A stretch of DNA of 64,000 bases from Moniliella sp. 'wahieum' (taxonomy: Eukaryota): positions 248,001 to 312,000 of the forward strand of contig RSEE01000027.1 in NCBI GenBank assembly GCA_003971905.1, written 5' to 3'. The notes under the pieces are model-generated. The model was not told the DNA's origin. It saw only the letters and a list, made by a program, of their open reading frames with translations, and made no database searches. This document shows positions 37,305 through 51,112 of the stretch, piece after piece (the first letter of the stretch is position 1; every line of letters starts with the position of its first letter). Both the position numbers and the translations under genes were made by a program.

Positions 37305-40300
37305 TCAAGTAAACAGCACGGGCAATCGACCCCCCTCCCCTTTTCCCAGCTGGGTGTTTGCGAACGTCTTAAAGTGGCGCATTGGCGATCCTGTCGATCA
37401 GCGCATGCCACTGCTGCGTCCGCTCCGTCACGCTCACCTCGGGCACGGCAGCATCGGCCAGTCCAGCAGACCTTCCATGGGCCAATCGGGCACCGACTCG
37501 TTCCAGATCCCACTGTTGATCACCAAGCCCGGCTCATCGGGCAACAGCCGCGTCTCCGCCATGGGCACCTGCGGGGCTGGGTGAGGGAACGTATCGACCG
37601 GGTCACCGAAACGAAGCCCAACAGAAGCGGCCGGCCTGAGCCCAGATCGATAGCAAGTCTTCCGACTCGGACGAAGGATCGGCACTGGTGTTGGCGCTCT
37701 CGGCCCGCTCCGTTGGCCCGTTGGGCGCGGTCCTCCCTCCGACGGAACAAGCTGGACACCTTCTTCTCTGCCTCGCTGCGCAGCTGCGCAATGCGCGCCA
37801 GAAACAAACTCAGCACCTGCACCTCGTGCTCGCGCATATCGACCGGAACCGTCGGTCGGAACTGGTAGAGCTGCGGTGGCTGTCGCCTTCCCCTCAGCCG
37901 CTGGCTGGAAGAGCAGCGAGGAGAGTACGCCCATGCAACTGGCGCACATACTGGGTCAGGTGCTGGTACAGCGCGCGGTACACATTCAGCTCTCCGCTGT
38001 CCTCGGAAGCAGGTGCAGCAAACTCCACCTCGGCACTCTGCGATGCCTCGAGCAGCAACGCGACTGCCGCGGTGAGGTGGGTGTAAAAGGCAGCATAAGG
38101 ACTGAGGTGAATCGTATACGCCAGCGGCGTCTTTCCATTGAACACGCGGCGCAGCGCAATCAAAGTGAGAGCGGTTCGCAATGTCTGCCAAGGCCCCTGG
38201 GCACATGTCTCGCGTGCTTGCCGTGCGCTTGAGCGACTTGCTTCCGCGCGCGTGCCGCGCAGTAAGAGGGAACGGTAGAGTGCCAGACGGAAAAAAGTTG
38301 ATTTCGTTCTGGATCAGGAAGCGTTGGACGGGAAGAGTAAGGGGGGGATTGTCGAGCGGGTGTTGATACAGCAGTTCCTTGGTTTCATACGGCTTAGGCG
38401 TCACTTGAAAGTAAGCCGGCAGCGCTTGGCGGAAGGCCAAGACGCGTTGGTCCAACTCGAGGATGTTGCGAGCAAACTCATGCGACCCCAGTTTGGGCAC
38501 AACCCTGTGGTGCAAGGTGACGAGCTCCTGCAGCAGGTCGCTAAGTGAGCACGGTTTTGGAGTAGGCAAGGCAAGTGGGCCAACCAGTTTCAGGGGGGAG
38601 TGGCAAGTCGTTCCATCGCTCTGGCGTAGTGGGAGGGCGGGTTTCGGGCCACTCCTCTTGCCACGCCACATCCTCAGGAGGCAGGGTATCACATGTAGCA
38701 TCGACAATCGCCGAAGGCCGTCCCACGCAAAGCTTAACATTGTCAAGCCAGCGCGTGATGGCCCACACCACCTGCGCATCTGCGTCGTCTCTGCATTAAG
38801 CCAAGCCGTGTTCCATCACGGTGGAGGCCGACGGCCAGGGCGCTGCGTACCGCACGTGAACACATGGAATGCGCTGCGTCCATCCTTCGGTCCAGGTAGA
38901 GGAAACGGCAACACTGCAACAATGCCATCACACGCGGAAGCTCCTCCAGGCCTACCGCATCGGAGAGGAGAAGGACGCGCATCGCCCCGTACAACAACCT
39001 CCGGCCACAAGTAGACGTACATGTTCATGCCCTGGGGTGTAATGTGGTCCCGAGAAGAGAGGCAGGGAGGTAGGCGAGTAGCTCGGCAAGCTGGGCCGCG
39101 GACATGGGGGCACTCAGCACCGCCATGCTGCATGTGGCAAAAAGCAAGGCCAGGTCATTGAGTCTGGCTAAACTAGGACCAGCTGTGCCCAGAGTATCTC
39201 CCAACGTTCCATGACGTACTTGCGCGGCAGCGGCGAGCGAAACCAATTGACCGAAGTAAAGTAAAACTGGGCAAGGTGGCGCGTCATGGCTTCGGACGGA
39301 AGCGAGGCCCAGACTTGAGCAACCTCTTCGGAGGAGACACCGTACGACATGAGGTCGTCCAGCTCTTCGCCCTGCAGGCGTGCACCCAGCACCTGCTGAA
39401 CCACTGACATCTTTCTCTCCGTCTCCCTCTCAGATTTAACGCTTGGGGAGGATCGATAGTGTCAAGGAGGCGGTGGAGCGGCACAGCCATCGCCCCTGAG
39501 GAAAAGTACAGGCCTGTTCTGGTATCCATGTTCTGCTGGGCATCAGTCGGGGGCGGCGGCGAGCGAGACCTATGGTCCCGCTGCCCGGATAGAGACTGAA
39601 GCAACTCATCCGTCTCCTGCTTGGAATGCAACTTCTCCACCGTCTCGGCGATCTGGGGGAGATACTCGCAAAGCCGTTCCAAGCGGCCCACCCGCGCGAG
39701 CATATCATTCGCGTCATCCCCGGGCTGGAAGGAGCGGCAGCGTTCAGGCACACGCCGGTCTTGCAGTGGTTGCATGGAATCTCTCGGTTGCACTTTTGCT
39801 TGCGGCGATGACACTCGGTGCCTGGTCTAGGTCAGCGTGCTGAACTCGCAGTGGAGAGGGGGGGAGGGGCGTACAGCTGTACTGCATTCTCTTGCGGGTG
39901 CGGCCATTATCACTGTTTCCAGATATCGAGAGGTGGACGCTTCTTCTGAGGCTGCGGCGATGGGGGGGAGCTGGGCCCGGAAGCGGGTGCCGATGTGGGA
40001 TCGGATGCGGGCCCGAGGCGGGACCCGAGGCGGGAGCCGAGGGTGGAATGGAGGCAGAGAGCAAGGGCATGGAGCTAGGAACGGTGGGAGGCGGGGGCAG
40101 CGTAGCACTGGAGGGACGGTTTGCGAGCGGGGCAAGGACCAGGGAGGGGTTCTGCTGAGGGGAAAGGCCCGATGGACGCCGCGGGGAGAGGCGGGGCAAG
40201 TCCCAGCCGTAGAGAGAGGAGTGGGGGCGATAGGGGACGGAGGTGTCCCAGTGGCGGGGGATGTTGGCGAGGTGTGGGGGACGGGGGGCGGGAGGCACAG

Positions 40301-40504
40301 GTTCGGACAGAGGCGCGGGCGGAGGGATGGAGGAGCGTGGGGAGTAGGGGGAGCTGACCGCCAGCGGGGGCGGCGGCGGCGGCGGGCGCCCGTGGCGGTG
40401 GCAGGCAGGGAGGAGGAGGAGGACGCGGCGGGCGGAGGCGGCGGAGCGAGTGGCGGGTGCGCGGGCGGGTGCACCCAGAGATGCGGCGGCAGGGGAGGGG
40501 CCAT
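37305..40504 (-). CDS. Zn(II)2Cys6 fungal transcription factor with fungal-specific TF domain
   Basis: RKRMQYSC|TECHRRKQKCNREIPCNHCK..VPERC (intron within); LPSEAMTRHLAQFYFTSVNW; AVRSALAVGLHRDG; RRRWW...GRPSAI...DTLPP. Ends approximate. Confidence 0.88.
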
Positions 40505-40594
40505 GGCGCGCACACCGCGTGGATGGAGGCGGTGTCGGGCAACGCAGCGGCAGACGCCGAGGTTAGCAGCGACGCCGACGCAGCCTTCCGCCGG

Positions 40595-40640
40595 CACGTG
40601 ACCTGCGCGCCGGGCACAGAAGGCCGAGCGCGTCACGTGA
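40595..40640. promoter_or_regulatory. Two CACGTGA E-box (bHLH/Cbf1-like) motifs in the short divergent TF/PKA intergenic region
   Basis: CACGTGAC at 40595 and GTCACGTGA at 40632. Confidence 0.3.
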
Positions 40641-40808
40641 TGGGGCTTAGCCCCGTCTGCGCCGTTGCTGCCCGCCCAGCAGCTCGGCCTGCGCGGCTTT
40701 GCCCGCTTTCTCCCGGCCCGGATCGGACGCAGCCCAGGCCCAGCCGCCCACCCCATCCCCCGCGCGACCCCCCCTTGGTCACCACCACCACCACCACCCT
40801 CTGTGCCC

Positions 40809-42044
<1,236 letters not shown>

Positions 42045-43479
42045 TTCTCCTCTCTCCCCGTCCCTTGCCCCCCTGCCCTCCTTCCTAACCCCCCCTGCTG
42101 TCACGCATGTCAATCCGTTTCCTCCCATTCCGATAAAGCCATGACAGACCACAGAAGGACGAAAAGCAGTCCGGCAAGTTCCCCGTACTGCTCTGGAGTG
42201 TTTGTGGTGTGTAATTGCGCGTATCCATGGGGCAGCGCCTCCATGATTGTTCAATGAACCAGCCCCAGAAAAAGGAGGCGCTGCCTACGTGTCCACCCCA
42301 AAATTGTGACAGGAGATCCATGGGAAAGCCAAAATACTCCTGTGAGGACGTTGGGAAGTGTGAGGCGAGTGAAAGGGGATGGGCAGGGCGCGGCTGAGCC
42401 AATCAGCGGTTGTTTGCGGAGAGCTACTGGACCAGTATTATCAGGAGGAAAAAAGGCTAACGGGGACGACATCTAATAATCAGACTGGGGGGCAGGTGGA
42501 GCACAGCGGCCATCGTGAGTGCCACGAGAGATGGGGGCTGGTCGGCCGCCCCTCTGGCCAGGCACCTTCAGGATGGGTAGGAGGTGGTAGGGTTGTGGTA
42601 CGGAGCGCAGGAGGGAGCAATAATGCAGCCTAATGCGATTCCTCTTCGGGCCTGTGTCGGCTAATAATATGCAGGGGTTAGCGATTGCAAAGCCTGGTGG
42701 GCCACATCTCTATTGACACCTCTTTATCAGCTTCATCACCAGCCAGCTATAGACTTGGAGTTGTCCCCCTCTCCATTTGTAAGGTGTAAGGACGCATAAC
42801 TGCTACCCCGGCGCACTTACCACCAAAAAGCGACGGCGGGACCAACCAGATCATCAAAGGAACTACATGCGCTACCATGTGTTTTCCTTTATGGGAAAAG
42901 GTCCGGCATGCGGGGTACCTTGGCCGCTGCGCAGCGCTGCTCGGACTTGAGTTTGGAGTCCGTCACAGCCCATCATGTTCCTATTGTACTGACCGCGCAG
43001 TTGTCCGTTGAAGTTATAGTTACCCACGGGAGGGGTTGTCGCCGGAATGATAAAGGCTCGACTCTCCTTCTCACCCGTTGTGGTATGCCCGCATCTGTTG
43101 TCTCATGGGATGACCGGCTGCTAGCCAACTCCTGCCCTGGGCCTTTTCATTGCGCGGCGGACACATATCTCTTGTGAGACTTCTACTCTTCGATCATTGA
43201 CTTTTCAACTTCCAGGCCCACACTCCACACCCCGTCCTTGTGAGGAACACATCGCCCCCCACGGTCACTTTTGACGCTGTCGACCGGGGGCTTACGATTA
43301 GAGGGTATTTTGCGGCTGCCCCGCTATCATTTTTGGCTCTGCTAAGCGCTAACCGTTAACGCAGAATGCATTACGTGGTCAAGCTGGGTGTAATATGCAG
43401 CACGGAGTGCACCCCCGCGATGCATCGCATGTGAAAAGCAACAACAAGGAAACGGCCCATCACACATACATGTATTGGT

Positions 43480-46140
43480 GTTGAACGTTCAACGTGTTCA
43501 ACGTTCATCGATCATCTCGCGCTCATCAAGCACTCAGTTCTCCTGCCACATTCCTCTCGGTCTCGACATATGTGTCGTGCCCTCTTCTGTTGTTGAATCA
43601 TAATATCATTCCCGTTTGTTCTCGGGATAATACTTGCACGGGTATCTTCTTTTTTCGATTGTTTGACGCTTTTTGAACTCTAGCACTACCCTCCAAGAGT
43701 AACTGTTACTGCCCACACGTGTCCTACTCCCGCCCACATGCACCGTCCTTGTCGTGTCTACTAGTTAATACCTGTCGGGAAAAAGAGGAGCTGTGGTGCA
43801 TGATGCGTTGATGCTGCTGATGCGACGTACGGGTTTGACGTTCGAAGAGTTTGAAGCTTGTAGCCCTTGAATCTTGAAGAGAGGCTTCTTTTTCCCGACG
43901 ATTGATGATCGATGAGGTCGATAATCGATAAGGCCTAAGGCCTAAGAAGTCTGTCATATCGAATTAATCATTCAATTGGAGATGGCGTTTACAGGGATGT
44001 GGAGGACTGGTTGAAGCCTCGGACAATAAAATCAACGCCAGGCCGGTGACAGTGACATGTCATAAGGTGAAGCGACGAAGCGGTGTAGCTTGAAGAGTGA
44101 AGCTTGAAGTCGAGGACGAGAGCCAAAACGCAGGCGTCTGCCTTCTGCCTCATTAACCTCATTAATCATTTGTTTCATTGATCTCAGACCTCGATCTCAC
44201 TAGGTCACTAGCACTAGCACCAGTCACCTAGTCACCGCACCTGTGACATGTGACGCGTGACGCGTGACGCGTGGAGATCATCGGTCATATCATCGATCAT
44301 CGATCATCGACCACTCGATCGCGTCACGCGTCACGTTCAGGAACCTCGGGGTCGCAAGGGGCCGCAACAGCGCTGCATCAGTGCATCAGCGCTCAGCATC
44401 ATGCATCATGTCTCAGATATCAGGTGGCAGAGCTGCAGCAAGCTTCTGCTTGCTTCTGCCCGCGCGCTCGGCCAGCTAATGAAACAGAGCGTAGCGTACT
44501 TGAGTACCTCGGAACGCGTGATTATCTCGATTATCTCGAGTACCTAGTACTAAGGAATGATGCATGATGCATGATGATCGATGATCGATTGATCATTAAA
44601 TTTTAAATATTAATATTTAATCATCGATCATCGATCATCGCCGCCTTAGCCTTATCGATTATCGATTACCGGGATTACCGATCCCAAAGGATAAAATCGG
44701 CTGAAATGGCCTGCACTTTTTACCTCAGCTGCCCCGTGACACGTTCGCAGCCACCCGCACCCAGAGTATCGGTGATATTATTTGCCCTCTCCAGCGTGGA
44801 AGGGTTCCAGCGTGGAATGGTGGACCAGGGGACCGGTGGCTAAGGTGGCGAAGGGGACCGGTGGCTAAGGTGGCGACGAGGGGGAACGGTGGCTAAGGTG
44901 GCGACGGGGGAACGGTGCTAAGGTGGCGACGGGGGAACGGTGGCTAAGGTGGCGAGGGGGAACGGTGGCTAAGGTGGCGACACAGCAGACCGGGCCGTAG
45001 GCCCGGTGGTCTTCTCGTATCGATTAATGTCGATCAGGACCTGTGCCTCCGCGCTAGTGAATGCAAGTGACTAGTGATGCATGATGGATCCGGACCTCGC
45101 GGGCTAGTGACTATTCAGTTGAATATTGACTACAAAGGTACTGGCGATAGCACTGGGGTAACTCCTAGTTAGATCAGTGTCCAGGTGACTGCACGCGAGC
45201 CTTCTTTTTGCCCGACGGGGGTTTGCCGCGTTTTGCATCCATCTGGGGGAACAGATTCTGAAATGCACCCAATTCAGATCTCAGGACCTCAGATCCCTCA
45301 GACGGCTCGGTCCATTAACATGATTAACAATTGACGTTTAACGTTTAACGTTAACGTTTAACGTCTAACGTACTTAACGTTCAACTAAGTACATGCAGGT
45401 ACCCGCTGCAGAGCTGCAATACCGAAACCACCCCATATAAACGTGACACCTGTCACATGCCAGGTGAAGCCCTCACAAGCTGGACCCTACTGGGCCCTGA
45501 CTAGCACGCCCCCAAGGAGGACGCGTCTAGCGTGACGCGTGATGCGCGTGACGCGGGACGCGTTCTGAATTTGGGATGTTGTTTACCATGAGGCACGCGT
45601 CGTCCCATGGATTTCCGGTAACTGGTAACCGGTAACCAGTACCCTAGTAAACTAGTAACCCTTAACCAGTACCCGGTACCCAGTTTTCGTCAACGTAGTT
45701 AACGTTCAACGTTCCACGTTCCACAGGCTATACCGGCTATACGTCTTCCATGCTCAACTGTTAACGTTATTAGCCTGTTCGTGTCACTGCATGTCACATG
45801 TCACTAGCCACACAAGTCACTAGTCGCTATAGTCACGATAGTCACTTTGTTCCCTTGGCAACGTTTTCAACGTCCAAAAATGTCCAGCACACATTAATCG
45901 TGTTCTCAACGTGTTCAACGTTCCCGTTGTTTGCCTAGTTACTTGTTAAACGTTAAACGTTAATTAATAATTCGTGAAGAGCGTGAAGCTTGAAGCTTGA
46001 AGCTTGCAGAGCTTCAATAAGCGCGTGTCCTCAAAAGCTTCAATATATTCAGTGAATGGAGTCTCAATCGTCCCTTTTTGACTATAGTCACCGTGTAGTC
46101 AGCTGAACCGATCGACAGTGGGTGCTAGGTGCTAGCCCTC
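43480..46140. repeat. Mosaic of 7-bp-periodic (TNA + 4-bp palindrome) micro-arrays
   Basis: Examples: TAA-TCGA-TAA-GGCC-TAA-GGCC-TAA (43922); TGA-CATG-(TGA-CGCG)x3 (44244); (TCA-TCGA)x3 (44290); (TGA-AGCT)x3 (45984). Confidence 0.85.
44776..45018 (+). mobile_element. Helitron-like non-autonomous element with internal minisatellite; 5' end uncertain
   Basis: Six ~25-bp repeats GGGGAACGGTGGCTAAGGTGGCGAC (44828-44981), then hairpin ACCGGGCC-GTA-GGCCCGGT (44989-45007) and CTCG|T 6 nt later. Confidence 0.45.
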
Positions 46141-46806
46141 AAGTCAACAGGGTGTTGCAGGTAGGATACATGATCAATGATTCCCCCGGAGAGTGGAGGT
46201 CGGAGATGCAAATAGGAAGACACAAAACGCACTTATTATGGACCGAGCGAGGCGGTCAGTACCTCAGCGATAAAACCTTGTCGGGTGGAATGCCAGTCTG
46301 ATGTGCCGGAGAAGAACAAGAATAGAATAGGTACGACCGGAGGCCCAAAATTAGACAGACTGGAACCTTTGATGGGCATGAGCGCGCGGGTACAGGTGAG
46401 TGATTGCCGCCCGGAGGATAGGTACGTTGGGCCGGGGATAGCAAAGTAAATGGAGGGAGGGGGGGGGACTACAAATTATAGGCCCGATGGGTAGATAGAG
46501 GGGGACTGCTCATCAGCAAGGAATGGACGGAGTAGAGCGACGAGAATAGGAAAAGGAATCGTTCTGTGAGCAGAAAATACCGGAGGAAGGCGAAAACTGG
46601 GGAAAGAAAGAGGTGCAGAATGCAAGGGATGAAATACTGAGGGCATAATGCATAACGGGAGATCAACGAGGGGGGAGGTGAGAGTGTGGGGGGGCTCCCT
46701 TTTTGGTAGTAGCAGCAATGCGACGGACGCCAGCGAAGGTGGGAAATGTACGGTGGGACCGAGGTGTGGATGGCAAGTCGCGGAGGGGGACGTTCAGCGT
46801 GGGAGC

Positions 46807-48236
46807 TTAAACCACTTGGTCCATGCGTGAGGTAAGTGAAAGGGGAAATGCTAGAGGTGGTGCTTTGCCGCGGGGGAGCCACTCGTGGTCCATAGCCACG
46901 GAAGAAGGAGTGAGAACAAAGCTGCAGCCGCCATGAGAGGTGGAGGCAGAGGAGGAAGCCCGGGACCGTGGAGCTCTTAGTCCAACGGAGCTGGCCGAGC
47001 TGTCGACCGAACCGCGACCCTGCGAGGGGGGTAGCCGCGATAAGTTTGGGGGCCAGTACATTGATGGGCTGGGTTGCGCCTGTGCAACCGGCGAATAGTC
47101 CAGTTGCTCCAGTGCCGGCATCAGGCTGGGGCCATGGGCCTGCACAAAAGACTGGCTCGGTGGCTGGCTCTGGATGCAGGTCGAGAGAGAGGAACCGGTT
47201 GAAGGGTGCATGACATCCAAGTGAGAGGATGGGGCGGGTGGCAGGCGAACGAACTGGGGATGGCCGAATGCGACCCCGGCGGGCGAAGAGGCGAAGAGGA
47301 GGAGCGGGAGGAGCGGAGTGACAAGCGGTGCTACCCAACTCGCCTTGGTTGGCGACGGCTCAGGTGTCAACGCTTTGGACCCTGATTCCGGGGCGAGGCG
47401 GTACGAAGTAGGCGGGGTGAGGTCGGAGTTGGGTGCAGTGGGGCGGGGGGGGATGTAAAGGGCCTGGTCGAAGTAGCCCTGCTCCAACAGCTTGGCAAAA
47501 CATAGCAGTTGTTCCGCTGGTACATTGACTCGATACCCCAGAAAACTAAACAGCTCTTGCTCCATAGTGTTGATGTCTTTCAAACTGAAAACACCTTGTC
47601 CGACAATGGCCCACGACTTGTTCGAGTAGGTATCGTCACACAATGCCTTGCTCGACAACATTAACGCCGAGATGAAAAGCCTGTGTCCGCTGGAACCCCG
47701 GGAGGAAGGAAAACGTTGTTTGAGCCGCTTGAGGAGATAAAGAGCTTGGTACACGACCAGCGTTGGCAGACGGGTACGGTGCAGAGCATACGCGATAAAC
47801 TCCACCAATCGAGGCGTTTCCTTACATGGGGTGATACTTGATCGCGACCGGACTGTTGACTCTTGAAATGGGCCAACGGGTGGCAGGAGAAAAGGGCGGT
47901 GATAACCACCTCACACATCTCGGACAGAGCACGGAAGCCATACAAGTTGCTGATGTCCCTTCTTGGAGCGTCAAGTGTGACAGGGGGAGCGCCTGGGCCA
48001 AGGTGTGGGCCGAAACAAATGGGCACCGTACGCTCCTCAGGCTCCGAATCGGTTTCGCTCTTGGGTTGCGAAGAATGGGGCGAAATGAGCGGGGGTTGGA
48101 GGTGGGGTGGATGGTGAGGTGGGGCGAGGACTGGTGGGAAAGGCAGGGAGGCGAGACAGGATGCAGCCCTTGGCCGTGAGGCTTGGGCGGGGGGGATGGC
48201 TGGGCCGTTGGTTTGGACATGGGGATGAGGGGGCAT
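46807..48236 (-). CDS. Pho85-type cyclin (Pcl/Clg1-like)
   Basis: Cyclin box LVEFIAYALHRTRLP...ALYLLKRLK.RFP...GSSGHRLFISALMLSSK.LCDDTYSNKSW.IVGQG.FSLKDINTMEQEL. ATG 48236; one frameshift near 47815. Confidence 0.9.
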
Positions 48237-48789
48237 AGTTGTGAAGAGAACAGGGGGATAAGAGCTGCGTGGTGGTGGGGGTAAGGTAGGAGTACTGTGA
48301 AGCAAGCCGGTCCAACTGTCCCGAAAGAGAGGCCAAGCACAGCTAGCTAATAACAAGCAAAAACGCTAGTACCTGGTAGCCTGGGTTGTCCGTTTGGGCC
48401 GTGTGTCGGGAGCGTTGGCAAGTGTTCCAACAAGGCTGACTTGTCCGCTTGAGCTTGAGCTTGAGTTTGCGTTTGCGCTTATAAGCGTCTCTGCTGCGGC
48501 AGTAGCAAGGTGCGCCAGCGGCTGAGGCGTCGGGCACAGTAGCTGGATGGGGGAGGTCGGGGTGCGGTTGGTGCAGATGGGGATGAAGGAAGGGGGGGCA
48601 GAAGGAAGCCAGGAAGAAGAACGATGAGCCGGCGGTGGCGGTGGACGGGTGGATATATGCCACGGTGCTTGGCCCTAGCGGCTGGCTTTCGCAGGCTTCG
48701 GCGGGTCGGCGGTGGGGCGGGTGGCGACAGACTGGTGACGCGTGACGGGTGAGCCGACTGGTCCACTGTGCCTTGCGGCTGAAATCAGG

Positions 48790-50300
48790 CATCTGAGATC
48801 ACCAATCACCGATCTCGATCACTGAGATGGAGATCTGACATGCTGAGACCGACGACCCTGTCCCGCCAGGTATCCAATATCTAACCGCCCATCCAAGAGA
48901 ATGGCTTTCATTCCAGTGGGGCGCAGCGGGCCGCATGCCTCGGAGAAGCATCTTTTCAGTGGTTTCGTGTCGCTCTAGGGCCTACGTGCCACCCGCCTCT
49001 GCTCTCCTCTGGGATCTAGCGCCTAGCCCCAACCGTCCGCGTCACGTCACAGTGCCAGTGACCTAGTGACCGGTGACCGGTCACCCGGTCACGGTGACCG
49101 ATGATCGATGTCGTTGAGCGTGGGAAGTGGGACATGTAACCGGTGACCGGTGACCCTGAGGAGGCCTGAGAGTCTGGCGGGGTCCTGACTCAGTACTCAG
49201 TACTCAGTACACTCAGTACACTCAGTCTGAGTACTCAGTCTGAGTCCCTCAGGCATGAGATCACCGCTCCAAGCCTGAGCACCTGAACCTGAGGCCTGAC
49301 AGTCTGACGCGTGCGCCTGAGGGCCTCAGGCCTCAGTTCTGGCTGCTATCCGAAGATCCACCTGCCTGAGGCCGCCTGATCTGATCGATCTGAAGCTTGA
49401 AGCTTGAAGCAAACGTAGTTGGCAAAGCTTGAAGCTCGTGACCGGGACTAGGAACTGCCCGTCACGCGTCAAGGTCCCCCTCAGATCAGACCTTCAGGCT
49501 CAGATAACTTGGTCGCATCCCCAGTATCCTTCCCCTTTTCCTACCCATGCTCGAGATGCCAAGGGAGTACCGATAATCGATAATGGCAGAGGTGGCCACA
49601 AAAGCACAGCTGACTGCCCAGCTGCCCACCACAGAATAGAATTGTGTTGCCTACCTACAAGGTACGTTAACCCGTTCTACGCAGTATTACATGTTACATA
49701 CTGATCCGTTTACTCCTGCCGACTTCTGTCGAATATCAACGTTTCAACCGATGGAGGATCTGCCAGCACCGAACTACACCCGAACTTGAAGCCTCGAGCT
49801 TGAAGCTTGAAGCTTGAAAAGTCAGTTAAAAGTAACGCCTAAAAACGTGACACGCTGAACGTTAAACTTAACGTTAATTAATGAGGCCTAAGGCGCAGGC
49901 CTAAGCTGATGTGGATGTTAAAAAACGCTAATGCTTAGAAGGCCACACTGTTCCACCACCGTTCCATCTTCATCGCCACTTTCATTAGCCCCCCTCTTCT
50001 CACCGTCGCCACCGTCGCCACCGTTGCCCCGTCCACCACTGTTAGGCCTTAGGGTTGAATTTAGCTTAAGGTTTATCCATCATCACCGTGGAGCGTCATA
50101 TGGCAGCGCCGGCGGTGCGCTGTGTATACGTGTTATTGGTATAGTTCGGTCAGAAAACTTGCAAACGACCTCTCGTCTTATAGACGGCGAACACATTGTT
50201 TGGGCCCTGGAACGAATTAACCACTGAGTACTGAGTCTCAATGGAGAGTTCAAATTGTTGAACGTTCACCGTTCAGACGTTCAGATGTCTGCCACGTTCA
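48790..50300. repeat. Second mosaic of (TNA + 4-bp palindrome) micro-arrays
   Basis: TGA-CCGG-TGA-CCGG-TCA (49067); (TCA-GTAC)x3 (49190); (TGA-AGCT)n (49391, ~49800); TTA-ACGT-TAA-TTAA-TGA-GGCC-TAA (49868). Confidence 0.85.
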
Positions 50301-51112
50301 TTCGTATCCACACGCGCTATACTCTCAGCTCTCAGGTATGAAAACGGATGGCGGGTGTCAGAGGGTCCTGTTCGATGATCTACTGATCCTGGGTTCCACA
50401 CGCCGGATGAACAGGTGTGTTTAGACGCAGTGTTTCTTTGTCCAAGCCTTACATGTTACAGCTCAAGGCTCAAGGGCACAAGCTCTACTGTCAATGATAT
50501 GGCTGCGCCTGGCAGGAACCCTCTGAAAAATTCTATCAAAATACACCGATTTCTTTATTAGGGCTTAATGTTGTTACATGTTGGTAGGCAGAGGTTTTAT
50601 TACGGCCCGTTGAGACCAACTTCGCTCCGCTTTTTAGCTTCATCGCCACCACACAATGCCCACCGCCGCCCTGAAACACGTATGTGGCGATGCAGCGCTA
50701 AGCTGAGGCCCTGAGCCTGGCTCAACGTAGGTTCATGTATGCATGATGCTAGTCCACTACGTGCCCCATTTCGTACGAGTCTCTTGCCCAGGCAGCCACT
50801 GAATATCAGCCACGGGGCCTGGGACGGCGCGTCCTGGCTCACCGTGACGCGTGACGTATAATGGAGATGCAACCGGTGATTGGTAAATACGGTGTCACCG
50901 AATGACTAAGCTCGCTCCAATTTCCAATTCCGCATCCTGTGTCTCTCGCTCTTCCCTTCCCTTTTGCTTCTGTTCTCTGCCTGATGCCTTCTGTTTCCTC
51001 CCACGAACGATCTTGCCTTTCCCCCCGCCTCTGACAGGACCTTGGTCTCCCTCGTTTAGCCCCGACTGTTACATTATCGTTCGTCAACCCCAATCAGACG
51101 AGCCCGACCAAG

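Noticed and set aside
44828..44981. CRISPR-like direct repeats
   Set aside because: Head-to-tail units with no unique spacers, no cas genes and a eukaryotic context; this is a minisatellite.
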